From Owenia fusiformis (Eukaryota): a DNA stretch of 64,000 nucleotides. Below the pieces are notes generated by a model, which saw only the letters and a list, made by a program, of their open reading frames with translations, was not told the origin of the DNA and did not search any database. Shown here in pieces: positions 34,324 to 47,511 of the stretch (position 1 is its first letter; every line of letters starts with the position of its first letter). Where the stretch lies: positions 39,618,001 to 39,682,000 of the forward strand of contig CAIIXF020000001.1 in assembly GCA_903813345.2 (NCBI GenBank), in the 5' to 3' direction. The position numbers and the translations under genes were made by a program.

Positions 34324-37300
34324 ATGCAAGCTCAGAACTATAGCGTTTTTATCCTAATGCTTTTGCTCTTGCCTTTTACACATGGATTATCACAGAATCG
34401 GGTAGCAAGGCGAGTAAAGATGTTGCTAGAATCAGGAAATGAATTGACGTTTGATGATTTAAATGACATGCGGTCTGTTCAAAAACGCATAGTCAAGAGA
34501 CAAGCAGATAACAACGTTAATGATATAGACTGTAAGTATGTAATTGAGATTATGAGCACAAAGTAGTATGACAACGAGCACAAAGTGCAAATAGAAGTAC
34601 AGGGTGTTACGTTTTTAAAATGCTTCGTGTATAAAATTAGAGTCATAAAGTTATTTCGAATTGTTTTGATAAAATAAGCAAGCATTAATTGGCGCACACT
34701 GAATTATAAATGGAACATTATCAGATATCAAAATGATTTATCTTTTAAATTGTTTGTTGTCAAGCTAGCGTTTTGCATCTTGCATGTTAGGCAGGTTCTA
34801 ACATTTTACCATTTAATTTTGAACAAGTATTTCTGGTATGATGTCTTTAAAAACCTTTCCAATATATATTTTCTCTCCAATATGGCGTCATACGAGTATT
34901 TGTGTCAATAATTGAGTGTATTTGAAAGTACAGAGTGATTCAGAAATAGTATCGAAGATATCGCTATTTTGGTGCCACTGCATGAATCTTCTCAAAACTT
35001 TCGAAACAGTATTATGCTAATTTCTTAAGATTAAAGTTTCTACTATTTGATTGGCTTATTTTGTGGTTTTCATGGTAACCTGGTGTGACATCATCCGGGG
35101 CAAATTCAATTTTGCAAGAGAAATAATCATTTTCTCCACTTGATAAACCTAACTGAATTTCAATAACCAAGCATCATAATAACATATACACTACTACCAC
35201 ACCGAGCACAGTCTTCCTGACGACCAGTGCAGTGGAGGAACTGGAACTGCCACAACCTGAGCATGCCCAATAATCCCCCTGTATCGCTCGAGGTGAATTT
35301 TGATAGAATGAACTTAAAAAGAAGCTAACCTTGAATTAAATTATCAAACTTCATATGGTTTAAGCAAAGATGTAATTGGAGCACTTCAAAAAATGAGTTC
35401 CCGCGGATTTCGAGATGTTTGCAGAGTGTGACCAATGACATGAAAAAACAATCAAATAGTAGAAGTAGAAGAATTACTCCTGGGATACTAAGTATACTCA
35501 ATAATGTCTGTGAGACATCTGTGCCTAAACGCCAAAGACCCTACATACATTTCTGACTGCAGATTCAGAAACGTTTCCATAATTTTGATCCCTAACATGT
35601 TGAATTTGGAAAACTTTTTTGTTGACCTATTTTTCGGACAAGATATCTTAAAATCGGTAGGAGTGATCAAATAACGGATGGTTCACTTATTAAAGGGCTT
35701 TTAAGGCTACATGTTGGAAACATGATAAATTAATTAGGATAGATAACGACAACGATAATCGACAGAATGTTAGAAACGTAAGATTTGACCTAGTTCCTGA
35801 CATTTGAGCTAAATAATTTGATAACTTGCCGGGAGGAAGAAAGAAAGCAACAGAGAAATAAAAAAAACTGGGAACAGCAATTGACTCGAGCTCCAGATCT
35901 ACTGTTCTTATGTCACATAAACTCGAGAATCTCTCTCTTATGCAGTCAGAAGTGGCTCAAAATTTAAAGGCAGAATCTGATCTATAGGGGGTTGGCAAGA
36001 TGTAACAACTTTTATTCCATCTCTTTGTCGCCATATTGTCTCGACTACAAGCTTGCAACAATGGGCAGGACTGGTGGTATTGGTATATCTCACAAGTAAA
36101 GCATCGATCACGAGTCTTACACCTACATTCTTGTCATTACTTAATTCAGCTGCTTGTGTCTTAGTAGATTATTTCAAAATGTAATTGATAGAACGTGTTT
36201 TGATTTCCAATAACTAGATCTGATAGATAAAACCGTCAACTATGAAAATACAATCGTACATTATTATTAGTTATTGTAATGAGAAACTATATTAATATAC
36301 CAGGTCGTTCAATAAGTTCACGGAAAATGCTCTCATTTCAGTTCTTTCAATAAGTTCACGAAAAAATGCTCTCATTTAAATGATTTTTGAGATTTTCTCA
36401 TGATATATTCACACAATGTATAAAAAACACTTTCTGATTGATTTTCAAAATATCAGCATCTGTAATTTGATTGGTCAAGATAAGGGTTACTCTCGTAACT
36501 TGACTTTTGGGTTGGCGGGGCACTTTTTACGTCACACAATTTACCATTACAGAAATCTATCAATATGTACAAATGAAGGATACCTATTGTTCTTATTTAA
36601 ATTACAAATTTTCGGAGGGAAAAATGTTCATAGTTTTCATAAACATTTTTGATATCCTGCTACTCAATGCTTTACCACCGGGCCAGAAAATCAACAAAGA
36701 ATAATGCTATGGTAAGTTGATTAATACAACCATTCAGCCAAACTCTAAATTTTTCCATCAGGATAATGCACCAGTCACATTGCTAAAACACCATCACAAA
36801 TAACTGGCAAAATAGATGGCAACGCTGCCCCAAGTTAAATACTCTCCAGATGAAGCAATCCTCCATTTTGCTGTTTCCACTAGGATGGAGGATGAGGTGC
36901 ACTTTATGGAACAATGGCCCTTCAAACAAGTTTTCCAGATGGCTTCAGAGCACTGTATCGTCAATAGGTTGAATGCCAGCGACTGTGCATTAAACATGAG
37001 GGAGAATATTTCTAAAAGATTATTGGACAATAGTTGGACTATTGTATAAAATAATATCATGTACAAGTAGAAAGCGGAGAAGAAATTCATGTGATATACT
37101 CATAAACTGCCTACTATTATGTATTGGAACAGCTAGATGTCTTTTTGAAATATTTTACCTTGAAATTATTATATTGCCAAGGTAGTCTAAATCAATTTCC
37201 CTGAATCTAGGTCAGAGCAAAAATGCCCGTTCATTCAGCTCAATGTTGGCTAAACTGCAATACTGTATCCCTAGAGTTTAGAAAGTGGCATGGAATGCCT

Positions 37301-40300
37301 GGATACGAGGGTTGTCCAAAAAGCCTTGACATATTTGCAAATAAACATCTAACCATGAAGTGCAGGTATACAAATAATTTGTTATTTCAATATATTCAGT
37401 ACATTCAGAGCCATGGTGTTCTACGCTAGCTGATAGGTTGCAGGACTACAGTGATAAAAAGAAGGACAATTCTAATATGATAAGCAAAGCATCTTGGAGC
37501 TGGCAGATGAAAACATATAATATGGCTGATATATTAGGGGTAAGTAATTCCTTTGATGACCAACTACTCGTGACGAACCGTTTATCCAAAATATTCATCG
37601 AGCTTATCCGTGTGATGTGGGGCTTGCTAATGTATTGTTTTGCAGGCTATTGCAGGGAATAAGAATTTTACAAAATGGCAGAACAAGTTCCTTAATGAGA
37701 TAAGAAACTGTACGTGCGAAAAAGAAGTAACTCCAGACATATGTAGGCAAAGGGAATTAATACTAGAATCAACCAATTTGAAACCCCAGAATGAAACCTT
37801 AAACAGGTGAGTTACAGCATCCTCACCGATCCAAATCTATGGACAATACACACTGCAAAATTGATTGTAAGATGAACTGGTTTTGTCCACCATAAAATGA
37901 AATATTTGTTTAATATCCTTACTCAGATAAAACACCAAAGAAATATATCCAAAATGGCAATACATTCATTTATCGTATGATCTGTAAAATGAAGCCCTCT
38001 GATTGGTCAGTTCTTGTACTGTACCAATCTGTATTGCTACTGAGATTGGCCCCGTTGATCATCTCCGTCGCAATACAGAAAATATTGGTACGGAGAGGAT
38101 AATCTCAGTAGCAATACAGAGGATCACGCGATAAAAACGTTATTGAATGATTTGACTTCGTCTCGTTACAATACAGAATTTCTCGAGCAGAATATATCCT
38201 GTATTGCACTTCAAATAATTCAATAACTTATATAATCGCTGTTTTTATAATTTAGTTTGTAAAATCAAAAACAACAAGTCCTGTTGTAAAACACATTTTG
38301 AATAAGACTTCACGTATGTGTATTGATATATCTACATGAAGATTTATTGATATATTACTTTAAGTGAATTGAATGATCTTACAACTGCGATGCAAGCTGC
38401 TTATGATGGCGGCAAAGTGGATGTTAGCGGAAAAAATCTAGATTTTGATGATTTGATCGATGTTATGGGAAGGTCCAGAGATTATGATGAACTTGCAAGA
38501 ATTTGGAAAGACTGGCGAGATCAGACCGGGAGGCAAATGAGGGATATTTTTCCACGAACAGTTGAACTCTTAAATATTGCAGCAAGAGAAGCAGGTGATA
38601 TGCAAATGTCAGAATTTAAGTTGCCAAATTTAAAACAAGAGCAAAAGTTTTGGATAAAAAGCAATTATTCTCGAATAGATATACATGTATAATCGTAAAG
38701 TAAGGTTCATCCGAAAGTACGTACCTATTTTCAGACTACAGTGATTATGGTGAATTTGCGAGAAAGACGTACAAGGACGGAGATCCTGATTATGATGTAG
38801 TTGAACGAGTGGACGCGCTCTACGGAGACATATGCTACCTTTATAAACTCCTTCATTTATATGCCAAATTTAAACTAAAAGCAAAATATGGAAACAAATA
38901 TAAAGATGAAGATTTTAGGAATGATTGTATACCCGCTCATATATTAGGTAAGTGTGGAAGCACAAATGGTGTCGAAAACCAATGAGTTCCCTTGTGCAAT
39001 GTAAGGCGAATTAAATTCTTTTAATGAGAATAAACTGGTCTTGAAAATCCTGGTTAATAAAATATTGTGGCTGTTTTGAATATCTGATAAAAAATATTAG
39101 AACACCTGTTGCACCTGTAGGTAAATCAACTAATGAACATGGGTTTTAAAAAGGAATATCGTTGAATTACAATAAAATATCGAAGAGTGAGTATTAATTA
39201 ACTGATCAGTGAATGAATAGAAAACCTACACATTTGCTTATTTTATAACATATGGATTTTGATAGATAATAATAATAGCCATTGATACTATTGTACAGGG
39301 TGGGGCAGAGAAAACGTCTATATTTTTGTTTTTGTAATATCTTTGCTGATACGTTGGGAATATCCATATTAGAAAGATATTTCAATATCCAACAAGATGA
39401 CGTATGGCTCATAAAATATGAATGGCTATTAGTGACTTCATGAGAGTGTCCGTATCATGGGGTAGGAACAGTAGAAAACAAGATTTTGAAATATGTTTTG
39501 AGCTTATTGCATAATATCACATTGCTTAAAGAGGCTCCATGCCATAGGATAGGACTATCAAGACCCCTTTGGACTTTTTTTTGCATATTGAGTTTCACCA
39601 CATTTATACCCATTTACTTACTAAAGAAGAAGTTTCAAATCCCCCTCTTTCAGTGTTAATTTTGCGATTGTGCTGGCAAATCTTATTATTTTCGAAGAAA
39701 TTAATTCAATCTGAAGTTTGAATATACCGGGAAAGTCCTCTTGTTATCTGATTGGTCGTTGAATTTGTTTATCATAAACCTGATTGGCTACCTGGTTCAA
39801 TGCGCTTCTGGGCGCTTGTGTGACTCAATGGGGATTCCCCTCGCTAGCCGAGAAATCGATTGTGTTTAATTCTGGAGTTTTGTTGTTCTGTTGATTAATT
39901 TCCAATATTTCGGCAATAATATACCCAATGAGTTATTCTCAAGATATATCCATTGGCTGTGATATATTATATGAGCAATAACAATAGGACATCATTGATT
40001 GTCTGAGGGAGAAACCTATGGCATAATGCATCTTTAATCAACACTTTTAGGCTTATACAATATAAAAAAGTATTGGAGTTAATTGTATGAGTAAGTGTTC
40101 AACTATTTGATAAGACTTCATTATATTATTTAAGGCTATATTGCCAATACCTACCAAAATGGCAAAAGAACTCAAAAATATTGCATTTGCAAATCAATTT
40201 TCTTTCATTTGATATATGAATCAACAATTTTGACCTTCTATGCGTAGTATCATATTCCCAAAGCTGACAAAGGGGTTCTATCTGTCTGGTCAGTTTTTAG

Positions 40301-43300
40301 CATTCTGTATTCAGCAATTATTGATAAATTGATAAATTGATTTTGAACCCTGTGGTAATCGAAATGATATCTTAAAACGAACACTCCTTTATATGAAATT
40401 AATTATATATCATTTTGTTAGAAATTGAATTGTCTTTCCAATGATATATGTTTTATACATTAGTCTGTAATATCAACAACGTTGTAGCATAAGCAAAAAT
40501 ATGGACGTTTTTCGGCCCACCCTGAAATTTAGAAATGCTGCTAAAAATGTTGTAAATTGGTTTAAAAAGACATTGAAATGTGTATACTTTAGGACATTAA
40601 GATGATGGTAGTTGTCCTTCCTCGGTACATATATTCTCTTGATTGCTTTGTCATAAGAATAAATAATAGTAGTGCTCGCGTGGGTCAGTCTCATGCAACT
40701 GATGTACATTCGCATGAATATGGATAATAACAGTGCAGTATGATACAGGGTGACAAAAAAACCTGGAACCCACTTAAGTCTTAATATCTTCGTCAATTAT
40801 GCATATTGGGCTTAGTTATTTGGTACATGTATGTATAGTCAACTGAATGTCAATTTTTTGCATTCTTGATCCATTAATCTCTAAATGAGGCACGATTAGA
40901 TAATGTGCTCCATATGTGCACCACGACGTTAGATGCAGAGCTGGATTCTTCTTGCAAAATTGTCAATGACCCGACTTCATTCATTTCTGTCTATCTCTCT
41001 TATTAGTCTTCCAATGTTGAGTTTGAGGTCATCAATGGTCAGTGGACTATCTGTATACACATTATCCTTGAGATACCCCCACAGATAAAAATTTGGGGGT
41101 TGAAATCAGGGGAGTTGGGGGGGGGGGCAGGTGTGGCGGGTATGGTGACTGATTAAGCAATCACCAAAGTGAGCCTGAAGCCATCGAATGGATTCATTTG
41201 AGGTGTGGGGTGTGGCACCATCTTGTTGGAACCATTGCTGGTCTCTTCTCAAGTCACGTCGTCTACCCAGCCCTTTCCAAAACTTTTGAATGTTATAGGG
41301 ATGTAACGTTCTGAGTTGACTGTTGAGTTGTCTTGAGTTTTGTCAGACCTCTCTCTCCCCACTTTTTTTCTTTGTTGGTTTTACAGTTCCTTCTGAATCA
41401 AACTTCTGTACAAGCCCAACGATCTGTGACTTGCAAGGGGTTCTTCTTGCCCTGTGATCTCTCCTATAGGCAGTTTGTGTCGCTTTATAGGATTTTGTCT
41501 CGATATGCTTTCTCACAATATAAGTCCTTTTCTTCTGTCGTCCATGGCATGATTAATATCTAAGCTACAGTACTCATTATGGTGTCATTTTGTCATGCAT
41601 TCAGTCTAGTTTCTACACTGAAGAAATGAAGAATGCAGGTATAATACTTCCCGAGAAATTTGATGATTTATGGGTTCCAGTTTTTTTGTCACCCTGTATA
41701 TTCTAGGAGAATTGAACGGCATCAAGTCGACTAATATCTATGATATATGTTCTAGGAGAAATGTATGGTAACGATTTGACTAATATGTATGATATATTCC
41801 AAGAGAAATGTATGGCAACGATTGGACTAATTACTATGATATATTCCTGGGAAAATGTATGGCAACGAGTTGACTAATATGTGTGATATATTCCAGGAGA
41901 AATGTACGGACTCCATTGGACTAATATCTATGATATATTGAAGATTTCACCAGACATAACTGGAGCAGATGTGACAGAACATCTTCAGGAGAACAATTTT
42001 ACGGCTATCAAGATGGCCCGATTGGCTGAAGAATTTTTTGTTCGCTTAGGATTTGACAACATGACGGAACAATTTTGGAACCATTCAGTATTTAAAAGAC
42101 CTACACATATAAACGTATCATCTTCATTTTGTCATGCATCAGCTACTAATCTGTTTAAAGATGATTACAGGTGCGTACTTGAATCAGTAACTGACATTTT
42201 AAAACATAGCTATATAATGGTATAAATCTTTTTTTCAGGTTAGAATTTGACTTCCTTCGTCATTAACTCCTATATTTGAGCGTAGTTTTCAAAAAAATCC
42301 GAAATTTTGTGATATAGAATTAACCTAATTTTTCGATGTCGATAAAATGTTTATATAGGAAATATTTTTTTGAGAAAGTGAAAATTCATGAATGTTGATC
42401 TGGTCAAATCGAACGCTTTCATAAAAAATAAATCAATAAAGCACGAAATATAGAAGATAATCTCTCAAAATCAAACATCTAGAGCTGGGTGGCCTAATTG
42501 TGACGTCACTTTAAGTAATTCATCCAGTGATCGCAAATCATCAATTGAACAAAATCTTTGAAAGTTTGACACAAAAAAGTCAAGATGTGTCGTCTATTCT
42601 TTGCAGGCACACCGGGATTCTATACAATGCAACCCACATTTTGCAACATAATTTAAAAAATGTATAATGATTTATCAATGACAACTATACAATTTTGTAA
42701 TCAATTGAATGATTTCCCCTGAAAATACAAGCAAAACTCAAAAGTAATTACAAAAGTTATGTTTCAAAAGGTGGTGGCATTTTTTGTGTAGAATTCTGGT
42801 GTGTCTGCAAAGGAATGGACGACATTTAGAGTGCATCTTGAGATGCTCGTAAAAATGCATCTAGTTGATTGTCATCTGAAACTTCTGTGAAGTTGCTCCA
42901 TGGAGCCTAGTTTGAATGTGCTTAATATTTCAGATATCCAGCAGACAAAAACGTTATGCAACGTTATGTGGGTGGCATTGTTGGTGTCACCCTGTAGAAA
43001 AGTGCAAAATCAAACAAAACATATAACATTAAACAATAAATTAAATATTCGAATAAAGACACCATATTTTTGAATAATGCAAGCGCCTGTATGCGTTACA
43101 TGTACGTCACTTCAAGTCACTTTTGTTTTATAGCTTACCAATATTATCACAAGATTATGATAATAATTGTTCGTTGCTGAGTTTGAAGCTAATAAATTAC
43201 ATTTATAAAAAGTAAATATACATTGCAGGCTTAGAATGTGTACAAATGTCAATTCCAATGATCTGTTTACCATTTACCACGAAATGGGTCACATTGCTTA

Positions 43301-46300
43301 CTTCGCAGCCTATAAGGATCAGCCATATATTTACTCCGAGGGGGCTAATCCAGGATTCCACGAGGCTGTTGGAGACACAATGTCTTTGCTTAGCAGTAAC
43401 CCAAAGATGCTTAACTACTCTGGGTTTCTTGGAGGAAAATGGAAATTGCAAAATGAAACAAGTAAAGCGTGGAAAGGTAATGTGTGTGATAATATTGACT
43501 TTGCTAATTGTATTTGTCAGCTAAAAAACTCAAGACCGACATTGAACAGTGAATGATTGGAGATTGCAATTTACGCAATCTGCACAGGCGAAGCTCCATA
43601 ATTGAACATCCAAGAAATGCCATTCTTAACAGAATATTTTGGATCCCGTCGCAACGTATTGAGCTCAGTTTCCACTTACAGTGACATCTAAACCGACCTT
43701 CTGTATCCAAATCAATGATCAACATATTCTAAAATACAAACTGACCAATGTGATTAAAGACATTTAGGACATACGTATCATTTACCATTGTACGCGAATG
43801 ACATTTTTATCTTTAATTTACAGAGTTAAACATAAACTACCTTTTGTTTGAGGCTTTGAGGAGAGTTGTATTTTTACCATATGCCTATACCGTGGAAAAA
43901 TACATGTGGGATGTCTACTCAGGAAAAATAGAACCGAAAGATTATAATCGGGCTTGGGTAGATTATAGGTAATATTCTATTTATTTAATCACTTATGGAA
44001 GAGCCTTTGATAAGTCGACCATTGCACATGTCAATGTAAAATATTGGATACGTTCTGACAGGAGGGGGCAGGCGTTATTTTTGGGCCCACGTAAGATTTA
44101 TTTGTCAGAAGTGAAAGATGTTAATTCTGTTTTAGAATGAAGTATCAGGGTGTGTGTCCTCCAGTCGTTCGCTCCGAGAAAGATTGGGACGCGGGTGCTA
44201 AAATACACGTCGCTTCTATGTCACCATATATCAGGTATGTCCGTCATTGATGCATATCCCAGAATGTACGTTGTACACGTTTCGTGCATACTGTACGATT
44301 TGATGGGCGATTGAAAGTAATGGGGACAATTTCATAGACAAAATGATCAAAATATTAATCGATTCTCTAGGCAATAACTAACTAGAATTTATCTAACAGG
44401 TGTAAATCAATCAAATATATACAACCTGGTCCTACATTTCATTATACATACCAATACGACCGTTTTTGTTTTGACCATCAGGGCGATATGGATTCCAATG
44501 AAAATACGGTACGTTAATTTGAGTTTGTTTGTTACTTCCATAACCATTTCGACTTGGGAAAAACATACTACTTGCAATTGAATTATTGAAAAGGATCTAT
44601 GACAAATGAAAAAGTCCAATTAATATAGAACCGAAGTTCAATACTGGGGCATATTTCAAATTTTGACGTTCCATGTTCTTACCATGTAAATATCGGGAAA
44701 GTTCGGAAAGCGAACATACTCATGTTATATATCAAAATCTTCGTATAGGTACCCTCTAAAACCTCATTTGTATATTTTACATGGAATTTTTCATTTTAGA
44801 GCATTTTAGAGCATCCTTCGTGGGTCAAAACGTTAGAAATATGCCGTCACGCGTAACATTTTTGGAGCGCGCTATTTTTCAAAATGATGTAGAATCATTA
44901 TTTTTTCATCAATTTTGATGAGACAGGTATGAATCACTTTCTGAGACAATGATCTTTATTATGAAGTCATTAGTTTTAAGGTAACAATGGAATGTGACGC
45001 TGATTTTTCAACTTCAAACAAAATCCAAAGGCCGTCACGCTGGGTATTTTGACGACCCCTAGATAAGCAAAATGCCATTTATTTTGGAATTAATTACTTT
45101 TAAAGGCTGAAATTAAAATAAGAAACAAGGTTTTAGCTAAAATTAATAAATCTGAAGAATAAATATTCAATTTCCTTCAAATTTCTTAAATATCAAATGA
45201 TATGTAGGGTACGAAAAATGTCCCATTTAGTATTTTTAGCTTAAAAATGCGTAAACTTGAAATCCAGCCATCACGTGCACGCATTAAAATTAAGAAATAT
45301 ATCAAAATAAAAACATTTTAGATATAGGTTTTTAATATATTTTGATCATGGAAAATTTCAAACATTTTCAAACATGATAACTTGTCAAACGATGCGAAAG
45401 AAAAAGGTACAAAAATGTCCCATGTAGCTTTTTGACGTCTTTTCATTGAGAATTTTACAGAAAAGCGCAATTGTTCATCACTCGTGACGTTACAAAGTAT
45501 GCCCCAGTATTGAACTTCGGTTCATATCGAAAAGGTGAACTGGGCCTATGTGTTCCCTTGTTATCATGGTTACATGTGGTTATGCGTAACTCCCTCAATA
45601 ATCAATCAAATTAGATAACAAGTCCTTAGAAAGGATAATTGAATATGAACAAATACCTATAATGGATAATTGAATATGAATATTTAACTTGTGTGAAAAA
45701 TAGACCAATATCGGTAATAGATAGTGTACGTATGTCTAGTTAAAAAGGCCCTTTGTAAAGTTTGAAGAAAATATGTTTTTATCATTTATATATTATTTTT
45801 CATGACTTATTATGAATAGTTAGTTTAACGATTTTGGAGACAATATTTTTGGGAAAAGAATTGTCAGCTTTTTATTTATCAAATATTTGAATTTCCCGCC
45901 ATTTTTCAAATAAAAGTTGAGATTTTTTAATCATAACATTCCATTAAATAAACAGTACAAAACACATAATTGTTTTAGCAAAGATTGCGAAGATTGAACA
46001 AAGGACATTCTATTTCAATAATAAATAAGGGTTATGTACCGGGAGGTTTTGGATATGGGGTTTATCCAGAGGAAGATATGCATATCTACTTGAGGGACCG
46101 TAGGGACCGAAGGTAGATGTGCATATCTCAAGAGGGATGAACCCAATATCCAAACCGACCGAACATAACTGCTTTATCCTATACAAAGTAGAGTTTTCTA
46201 ATTTTCTTTCAATTCTTTTTCAATTTCTTTTTTTTCAATTTTTCTAATTTTTTTTCATTTTTTCAAAAAAAAATTCTATTTTTTTTTTCAATCTTTCTTT

Positions 46301-47511
46301 TTTTCAAAATGCATTTTTCTCTAAACCACTTTCATGCATTAGTGAGTTAATTTTTTCGACAAAAGACATGTGAGGATAAATGCTATGCACTGATATGGAT
46401 TATTGCTTCGTAAAAGATATGTGTGTAATTAACCTCAAATATAACATAATATAATTACGATTTTCTAAAATTAAAAAAGTTCCTTACATCACATTTTCAT
46501 AACATTGAGTAAGACTACAATATAAGCCATAATGTGGTTTAAACTTTGCATGGGGCCTTAAACAAAAGCTCATGTATAACCAGTCCAGCCTGCCAATATA
46601 CACACAGGGGAACATAAAGATAGCAGTATTGTATTGTATTGTATTCTATTGTATTGTATTGTAATGAATAGAAAGATCACCACTGCCATCTTTATGTCGC
46701 TGAAATAGAAATATCGATAATGCCATCTTTGTGTCGCTGAAATAGAAAGGCCACTACTGCCGTATTTATGTTGACCGCAAAATACAAAAATTCATTCTAT
46801 GAATTGAGTAGTCTTGCATCAAAGTTTTGTATTGGCTAATACTCAAAGTTGCTGAAACTCAGAGTTGATATCATTTCAGGTATTTCTTTGCAACCATACT
46901 GGAATTTCAATTCTTGGATGCGATCTGTGTGGGTAATGGGCCTCTACACAAGTGCAATCCATTTGGCAAGAAGGTGAACAGAATTAACAGAACTATGGAA
47001 AGATTCAGGCGAGTTCATAAGGCGATAAACTGAGTCCAGCGGATGCAAATAAATAGAAAGCTTATGCCTGGGTCACATTTGCTCCGATCCATTGGCCGGC
47101 GCCCGGCCGATTGAGTGTTTTGTTCAATATTTGTTCAAAATACTCAATCGGCCGGGCGCCATAGTAAAAATCGGGGCAAATGTGACCACGGCATTAGTAG
47201 GAACTATGTGTATGTTCAAATTGTTGATACATTTGTTTCTATTCTTTAGGAATATGTTAAGTCTTGGTAGACAGAAACCGTGGCGAGAAGCTTTGAAATC
47301 ATTACGAAATGCTAAGCGATCAAAGAATGAACCCTTACCAGATTTTAATGCAACACAATTAACAGAATTCTTTGAACCTCTTCAAGCTGAATTGGAGACC
47401 ATTCTGACGATGAACAATATCGTGACTAAAATAGATTTGGAAGGATTAAAGAATAACTGTCGCGGCTGGGATACGACTTACGTAATGGATACATACTTTG
47501 AGGGCAATTAA
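34324..47511 (+). CDS. ACE: Angiotensin-converting enzyme-like peptidase (family M2), single domain, no TM anchor; 11 exons, 692 aa
   Basis: Exons 34324-34531, 37430-37539, 37646-37806, 38365-38594, 38735-38947, 41897-42170, 43229-43476, 43824-43968, 44136-44234, 46880-47008, 47250-47511 (2079 nt, phases consistent). Motifs: signal peptide, WKDWRD, IPAHILGEMYG, CHASA, HEMGH (43278-43292), [53 protein letters not shown]. Confidence 0.92.
36299..37090 (+). pseudogene. Degenerate mariner transposase relic
   Basis: Mariner-like end taccaggtcgttcaataagttc; FHQDNAPV at ~36754 and [10 protein letters not shown] at ~36840, with frameshifts. Confidence 0.6.
37970..38232. repeat. Dispersed hairpin-bearing repeat, copy 1
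   Basis: Inverted homologue of 54130-54442 (ctgattggtcagttcttg..ctactgagatt..ccgttgatcatctccgtcgcaatacagaaaatattggtacgg). Confidence 0.8.
39296..40524. mobile_element. Tc1/mariner non-autonomous element with a nested TTAA-flanked MITE (39530-40033)
   Basis: TIRs cagggtggggcagagaaaacgtctatttttg / caaaaatatggacgtttttcggcccaccctg; inner ttaaagaggctccatgccatagg ... cctatgggcataatgcatctttaa. Confidence 0.6.
40746..41696 (-). mobile_element. Internally deleted Tc1/mariner-superfamily element with transposase remnant
   Basis: TIRs CAGGGTGACAAAAAAACCTGGAACCCA / TGGGTTCCAGTTTTTTTGTCACCCTG with TA TSD. Minus-strand [10 protein letters not shown] (~41210-41235) and [21 protein letters not shown] (~41055-41125). 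Confidence 0.85.
41697..41940 (+). repeat. Five tandem 47-49-bp copies spanning the ACE exon-6 acceptor and exon start
   Basis: Unit atattccag|gagaaatgtatggcaacgattggactaatatctatgat; acceptor-equivalent positions at 41706, 41755, 41802, 41849, 41896. Confidence 0.9.
44628..45523. mobile_element. MITE with perfect 26-bp TIRs
   Basis: GAACCGAAGTTCAATACTGGGGCATA ... TATGCCCCAGTATTGAACTTCGGTTC; AT-rich flanks (ATA on both sides). Confidence 0.8.
46625..46775. repeat. (ATTGT)n microsatellite followed by ~39-bp tandem repeats
   Basis: gtattgtattgtatt... then (a)tgccatcttt(a/g)tgtcgctgaaatagaaa x2-3. Confidence 0.7.
47065..47193. mobile_element. Small palindromic PIF/Harbinger-like MITE in ACE intron 10
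   Basis: tta|TGCCTGGGTCACATTTGCTCCGAT ... ATCGGGGCAAATGTGACCACGGCA|tta; inner ggcgcccggccgattgagt / actcaatcggccgggcgcc. Confidence 0.75.

Noticed and set aside
46971..46980. Canonical GT donor for ACE exon 10
   Set aside because: Phase 0 is incompatible with the phase-2 acceptor at 47249/47250.
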